DNA of 64,000 nucleotides from Rickettsiaceae bacterium (GTDB lineage Bacteria; Pseudomonadota; Alphaproteobacteria; Rickettsiales; Rickettsiaceae): NCBI GenBank assembly GCA_963676335.1, contig OY781057.1, positions 783,047 to 847,046 of the forward strand, read 5' to 3'. Shown piece by piece: positions 59,482 to 64,000 of this stretch (position 1 is its first letter; each line of letters starts with the position of its first letter). The notes under the pieces were generated by a model. It saw only the letters and a program-made list of their open reading frames with translations, ran no database searches and was not told where the DNA came from. The position numbers and the translations under genes were made by a program.

Positions 59482-61377
59482 ATGATTAAAATTACCCTCC
59501 CAGATCAAAGAGTGGAATGCTTCGAAGAAGAAATTAATGGATTTCAATTAGCAAATCATATAAAAAGCTCTATAGCTAAAAAAGCTATAGCAATTACTAT
59601 TAATGACAATATATGTGATTTAAGTACTCCAATTAAAACCGATGCAACTATTAAAATTATTACTATAGATGATACTGCAGCTTTAAATATCATAAGACAT
59701 GACGCTGCTCATATCTTAGCTGAGGCAGTAAAAGAATTATACCCAGACGTAAAAGTAACTATAGGTCCTACAATAGAAAATGGGTTTTATTATGATTTTG
59801 ATCGTATAGAGCCATTTAGCTTAGAAGAGCTATCTATTATAGAAGAAAAAATGCAAGAAATAAATCGTAGAAAAGAAGTTTTTATTAAAGAAATTTGGTC
59901 TAGAAATCAAGCAATAGATTTTTTTAAAAACAATGGAGAGCCTTATAAAATAGAGCTTCTATCTTCGATACCAGAAAATGAAAAAATTACTATATATAAA
60001 CAAGGTAATTTCACTGATCTATGTAGAGGGCCACATGGTCCAAATACAGGCATGATAAAACACATTAAACTACTTAAAGTAGCTGGAGCATATTGGCGTG
60101 GAGATAATTCAAAAAAAATGTTGCAACGTATATATGGTACCGCATGGGCAACAAAAGAACAATTAGATAATTATCTATTCATGCTAGAAGAAGCGAAAAA
60201 ACGAGATCATAGAAAAATAGGGAAAGAATTAAAATTATTCCACTTTCAAGACGAAGCCAAAGGAATGGTATTTTGGCATGATCATGGATTTACAATTTAT
60301 AGAATTATAGAAAATTATATAAGGAATAATCTAAAAAAAGATGGATATATAGAAGTAAAAACCCCTATGTTAGTTGATAAAAAGTTATGGGAATTATCAG
60401 GTCATTGGGAAAAGTTTAAAGAAAATATGTATGTCTCTCAAATAGAAGACGAAATATTTGCTTTAAAACCTATGAACTGCCCATGTCATGTGCAAATATT
60501 TAAGCAAAGTATCAAAAGTTATAGGGATTTACCACTTCGTATGGCTGAATTTGGCTCATGTCATAGATACGAACCATCTGGAGCCCTTTATGGATTAATG
60601 AGAGTACGAGGATTTGTTCAAGATGATGCTCATATATTTTGCTCTGAAGATCAAATTAACGAAGAAACTATCAAATATTGTAAATTATTACAAAAAATAT
60701 ATACAGAGTTCGGATTTCATGATTTTGAAGTAAAATTTTCAGACCGCCCAAAAATAAGAGCTGGAACAGATGAAGTATGGGATAAAGCAGAAAATGCATT
60801 AAAAAAAGCAGTTGAAATAGCAAAATTACCTTATTCTCCTAATCCAGGAGATGGAGCATTCTATGGACCTAAATTAGATTTTATATTACGTGATGCAATT
60901 GGTAGATATTGGCAGTGCGGAACATTGCAAGTAGATTTAATTCTCCCAGAAAGATTAAATATACATTATATTAATGCTAATGGGGAAAAAGAAAGACCAG
61001 TAATGATGCACAGAACAATCATAGGTTCATTAGAAAGGTTTATTGGTATTTTATTAGAACATCATAGTGGAAAATTGCCTTTGTGGCTAGCCCCTATACA
61101 AATTTTAATAGCTACTATTACTAATGAGGTTGATAGTTATGTAAAGAATATAGAACAAAAACTTATAGATCAAAATATACGTTATTCTATTGACATTTCT
61201 AATGAAAAAATTAATTATAAAATTCATCGATGGATTATGCAAAAAATTCCTTTGATAATAATTATAGGAAAAAAAGAAATGATGGAAAAAACAGTTAATT
61301 TACGCTATCTTGATAATAGAGAATCTGTACAAATCAATTTAGAAAATTTAGTAAATTATATCATTAATAACAAATAA
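59482..61377 (+). CDS. thrS: Threonyl-tRNA synthetase
   Basis: TGS N-terminus, [19 protein letters not shown], and class II motifs FRAE-like [14 protein letters not shown] and GTLQVD. Confidence 0.95.
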   Translation: MIKITLPDQRVECFEEEINGFQLANHIKSSIAKKAIAITINDNICDLSTPIKTDATIKIITIDDTAALNIIRHDAAHILAEAVKELYPDVKVTIGPTIENGFYYDFDRIEPFSLEELSIIEEKMQEINRRKEVFIKEIWSRNQAIDFFKNNGEPYKIELLSSIPENEKITIYKQGNFTDLCRGPHGPNTGMIKHIKLLKVAGAYWRGDNSKKMLQRIYGTAWATKEQLDNYLFMLEEAKKRDHRKIGKELKLFHFQDEAKGMVFWHDHGFTIYRIIENYIRNNLKKDGYIEVKTPMLVDKKLWELSGHWEKFKENMYVSQIEDEIFALKPMNCPCHVQIFKQSIKSYRDLPLRMAEFGSCHRYEPSGALYGLMRVRGFVQDDAHIFCSEDQINEETIKYCKLLQKIYTEFGFHDFEVKFSDRPKIRAGTDEVWDKAENALKKAVEIAKLPYSPNPGDGAFYGPKLDFILRDAIGRYWQCGTLQVDLILPERLNIHYINANGEKERPVMMHRTIIGSLERFIGILLEHHSGKLPLWLAPIQILIATITNEVDSYVKNIEQKLIDQNIRYSIDISNEKINYKIHRWIMQKIPLIIIIGKKEMMEKTVNLRYLDNRESVQINLENLVNYIINNK

Positions 61378-61388
61378 AAAGAGGAGCG

Positions 61389-61925
61389 ATTATTTCTAAA
61401 TCTAAAAAACTTCCTAAAGTCAATAAAGAAATCATATCTAAACAAGTCCGTCTTATCGATTCAGGAGGAAAAATGGTAGGCATAGTAACTAAAGAACAAG
61501 CTTTAATTATAGCTCAAGCCGCAGGTTTGGATCTCGTAGAAATATCGCCTCAAGTAGAACCACCTATATGCAAAATATTAGATTTTGGTAAATATAAATA
61601 CGAAAATAAAAAAAAATCTCAAGAGGCAAAGAAAAAACAAAAAAATATAGTTATTAAAGAAATAAAATTAAGACCTAATATCGCTAAAGGGGATTTAGAA
61701 ATTAAAATGCGAAACATAAGACATTTTATTGATGATGGAAATAAAGTAAAAGTTAGTTTGCAGTTTAGAGGAAGAGAATTACTTCATCAAAATTTAGGAT
61801 ATCAACTTTTAGAAACTATAATTGAAAATTTAAAAGATGTTATAAAATTAGAAATAAGTCCTAAAATAGAAGGTAATCAAATAACAATGATTGTTATACC
61901 TCAAAAACAAATACTTCCTCGATAA
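61389..61925 (+). CDS. infC: Translation initiation factor IF-3 with a non-AUG (ATT) start
   Basis: In frame upstream of the first ATG (61473) the ORF reads IISKSKKLPKVNKEIISKQVRLIDSGGKMVGIV, the conserved IF-3 N-terminus. An ATT at 61389 is preceded by AAGAGGAG (61379-61386), 11 nt after the thrS stop. Confidence 0.85.
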   Translation: MISKSKKLPKVNKEIISKQVRLIDSGGKMVGIVTKEQALIIAQAAGLDLVEISPQVEPPICKILDFGKYKYENKKKSQEAKKKQKNIVIKEIKLRPNIAKGDLEIKMRNIRHFIDDGNKVKVSLQFRGRELLHQNLGYQLLETIIENLKDVIKLEISPKIEGNQITMIVIPQKQILPR

Positions 61926-61947
61926 AATAAGATTTTTGAAAGAAATT

Positions 61948-62703
61948 TTATAATTTTTTTATTTTTTTGCGTTTATTATTAAATAAGTATATTATCAGAG
62001 CTAAGAAAGATAATATAATCCAATTTACTGCATAAAATAAATGATAATTTTTTATTGGAATGTTGTCTTTTTCTTCAATAGTAATTTTTTTCATAGGAGG
62101 AAGAGAGTTAGAATAAGAATCATCGATAATATAAAAATCAGCTAAATTTTCTTTAATAGCACTTGCAATTTTAGGCAAATGCACATCAAACCATATATTA
62201 TTTTGTAGATCAGATATATTTGACCACAAATGTTCCTCTTGACTAGGCAGTGCAATTCCTTTTATAGTTTCTATACCTTTTTTTAAGGTATGAGGACGAG
62301 TATACGTATGCCTATATTGCGTTGGAATCCAACCCCTAGCAACCATAATCACTTTTCCAGTAGAAAGTTTTAGTGGAGTCATTAATATATATCCACTACT
62401 TTTATAAGTGTTGTTATATTCTCTTGATTGATATATAAAAATTTCTTTATCGTTTAAATATTTCCCACTAGCTTGGACTACATTAAAATAAGCATCTTTA
62501 TCTGAAGAAATCTCATTTATAGATTTCGCAGCACTAAATTTCAATTTGTTTATTAAATTTTGGCTTACTTCTTCTATAAAATAATATTTTTTTAATTGCC
62601 ATCCACCTAAAACAATGCCTAAAACTATTATTAATACGATAGGAATAGAAAAATATATATTAAACTGCTTTTTAGAATTTGTTTGATTACGCGAATAATC
62701 CAT
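61948..62703 (-). CDS. SURF1-family cytochrome oxidase assembly protein
   Basis: N- and C-terminal TM segments with GGWQLKKY and VARGWIP motifs. Confidence 0.8.
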   Translation of the reverse strand: MDYSRNQTNSKKQFNIYFSIPIVLIIVLGIVLGGWQLKKYYFIEEVSQNLINKLKFSAAKSINEISSDKDAYFNVVQASGKYLNDKEIFIYQSREYNNTYKSSGYILMTPLKLSTGKVIMVARGWIPTQYRHTYTRPHTLKKGIETIKGIALPSQEEHLWSNISDLQNNIWFDVHLPKIASAIKENLADFYIIDDSYSNSLPPMKKITIEEKDNIPIKNYHLFYAVNWIILSFLALIIYLFNNKRKKIKKL

Positions 62704-62795
62704 GCTATAGCTATTTATAAATCTATTACCTTTTATATAATAATACTCTAAGATTAGAAGAAATAATACAATATTAATTAAATTACCTTTTCAAA

Positions 62796-63818
62796 ATGTA
62801 CTTTGAAGTAGATGATAATTTTTATATTATCAATGGTCCGTTTACATTAATTGAGTTAATACAATCTTTTAATTTAGAGACTGATTCCAAATTTAAAATA
62901 GATGAACTTCTTATCTTTGGAGTAAGGACATTAGATAAAGCAAAAAAGAATGAAATCACTTTTTTATTTAATAATAAATACACAAAATTGCTTCTTACAA
63001 CAAATGCTACAGCATGTATTATAGATAAAAACACTAATCCTATTTGCAAAGACGGATTGATTTTGTTAAAAACACCTCATCCTTATTATACTTACGCGCA
63101 ATTAATTAAACTATTTTACAGCAAAAAAACATCAATTAATTCTAATTCTGTTAAGATAGGAAAGAATTGCTATATAGGTCATAATGTAATACTAGAAGAT
63201 AATGTTATAGTTGGTGACAATTGTTATATTAACTCAAATTCTATAATTTCTTATGGTGTTAAAATAGGAAATAATGTAAATATTGGCGCTAATGTAACAA
63301 TTACTTATGCAATTATTGGCAATAATGTTACTATAGACGCAGGGACATGTATTGGACAAAGTGGTTTTGGATTTGCTACATATGAAGGAACTTATTATGA
63401 TATTTTCCATACAGGTAGGGTAATTATAGGAAATGATGTAAATATTGGTGCTAATACAACCATTGATCGTGGATCTCTTAAAGATACTATTATAGGAGAT
63501 ATGTGTCGTATTGATAATTTAGTACAAATAGCTCATAATGTTCATTTAGGCAAAGGATGCGTCATTGTATCTCAAGTTGGTATCGCTGGAAGTACTTATA
63601 TAGGAGATTATTGCATGATAGGAGGCCAAGCGGGTATAATTGGACACATTACTATAGAAAATAATTGCGAGATTGCAGCAAGGAGCATGGTAACTAAAAG
63701 TTTACCAGCATATAGTAAGGTTGGTGGTATGCCTGCAATACCTTTACAAAAATGGCATAAACAATCTATATTACTAAAACGTATGATTAATCAAAAATTT
63801 AATGATAGTGCAAATTAA
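62796..63818 (+). CDS. lpxD: UDP-3-O-acylglucosamine N-acyltransferase
   Basis: Left-handed beta-helix hexapeptide repeats, the HNVHLG context, and a position upstream of fabZ. Confidence 0.9.
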   Translation: MYFEVDDNFYIINGPFTLIELIQSFNLETDSKFKIDELLIFGVRTLDKAKKNEITFLFNNKYTKLLLTTNATACIIDKNTNPICKDGLILLKTPHPYYTYAQLIKLFYSKKTSINSNSVKIGKNCYIGHNVILEDNVIVGDNCYINSNSIISYGVKIGNNVNIGANVTITYAIIGNNVTIDAGTCIGQSGFGFATYEGTYYDIFHTGRVIIGNDVNIGANTTIDRGSLKDTIIGDMCRIDNLVQIAHNVHLGKGCVIVSQVGIAGSTYIGDYCMIGGQAGIIGHITIENNCEIAARSMVTKSLPAYSKVGGMPAIPLQKWHKQSILLKRMINQKFNDSAN

Positions 63819-64000
63819 TATTAATGATATTACAAAAATTCTTCCTCATAGATATCCATTTCTTTTAGTTGATAAAATCATTGATTTGCAAATCAATGAT
63901 TTGAACAACTATTCTTTTTCAAATACCGATATTTCTAAGGATTCACTTGAAAGCAAAGAATATATTATCGGAGTTAAGAATGTTACCTATAATGAACCAC
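63802..64000 (+). CDS. fabZ: 3-hydroxyacyl-ACP dehydratase FabZ (N-terminal part, runs off the window)
   Basis: [26 protein letters not shown]...[10 protein letters not shown]. It overlaps the lpxD stop. Confidence 0.85.
   Translation, partial: MIVQININDITKILPHRYPFLLVDKIIDLQINDLNNYSFSNTDISKDSLESKEYIIGVKNVTYNEP

Noticed and set aside
1-64000. tRNA, rRNA, tmRNA, RNase P and SRP RNA genes
   Set aside because: I scanned the intergenic regions by eye for T-loop (GGTTCRANYC)-type and other conserved cores and found none. Detection by eye is weak, so tRNAscan-SE or Infernal should be run to confirm the absence.

Overview
This is an AT-rich chromosomal segment that looks like an obligate-intracellular, Rickettsiales-like alphaproteobacterium. 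The supporting signs are a class-I LysRS, two-subunit GlyRS, PleD, a Sca-type giant autotransporter, an ankyrin-repeat protein, a ProP-type MFS, an L33 very similar to Rickettsia L33, and an isolated fliR. Most of the window is housekeeping core: aspS, hisS, mnmA, mutS, clpP, ftsK, rho, glyQS, lysS, rpmG, rpsP, thrS-infC and lpxD-fabZ, plus transporters, mlaA/mlaC and slt. I recognised no rRNA gene, tRNA gene or CRISPR array. The accessory and unusual content is as follows. (1) A tightly coupled three-gene operon at 13.2-15.1 kb encodes a 69-aa peptide, a radical-SAM/SPASM enzyme and a frameshifted secreted PDZ-like protein. The peptide ends in three consecutive pentads, YPQCS-HARVS-WSRCS, and a 31-bp palindrome overlaps the putative promoter. 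I read this as a candidate RiPP system, possibly of the three-residue-cyclophane type. (2) A degraded island at 22.0-29.2 kb holds a dinJ-yafQ remnant abutted by an IS605-family element with an apparently intact TnpB, a divergent pair of CheD-fold-like proteins (one keeps Cys/His, one lacks them), an 18-bp inverted-repeat element and an effector-like gene. (3) That effector-like gene has an inverted paralog at 9.0-10.3 kb. (4) IS630-like and IS4/IS701-like transposase remnants and a dispersed IS-terminal repeat are present. (5) There are apparent 1-nt frameshifts in rpmG and in the PDZ-like gene, and an MFS gene lacks a canonical start codon. All family assignments come from motif recognition by eye. 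No searches were run.
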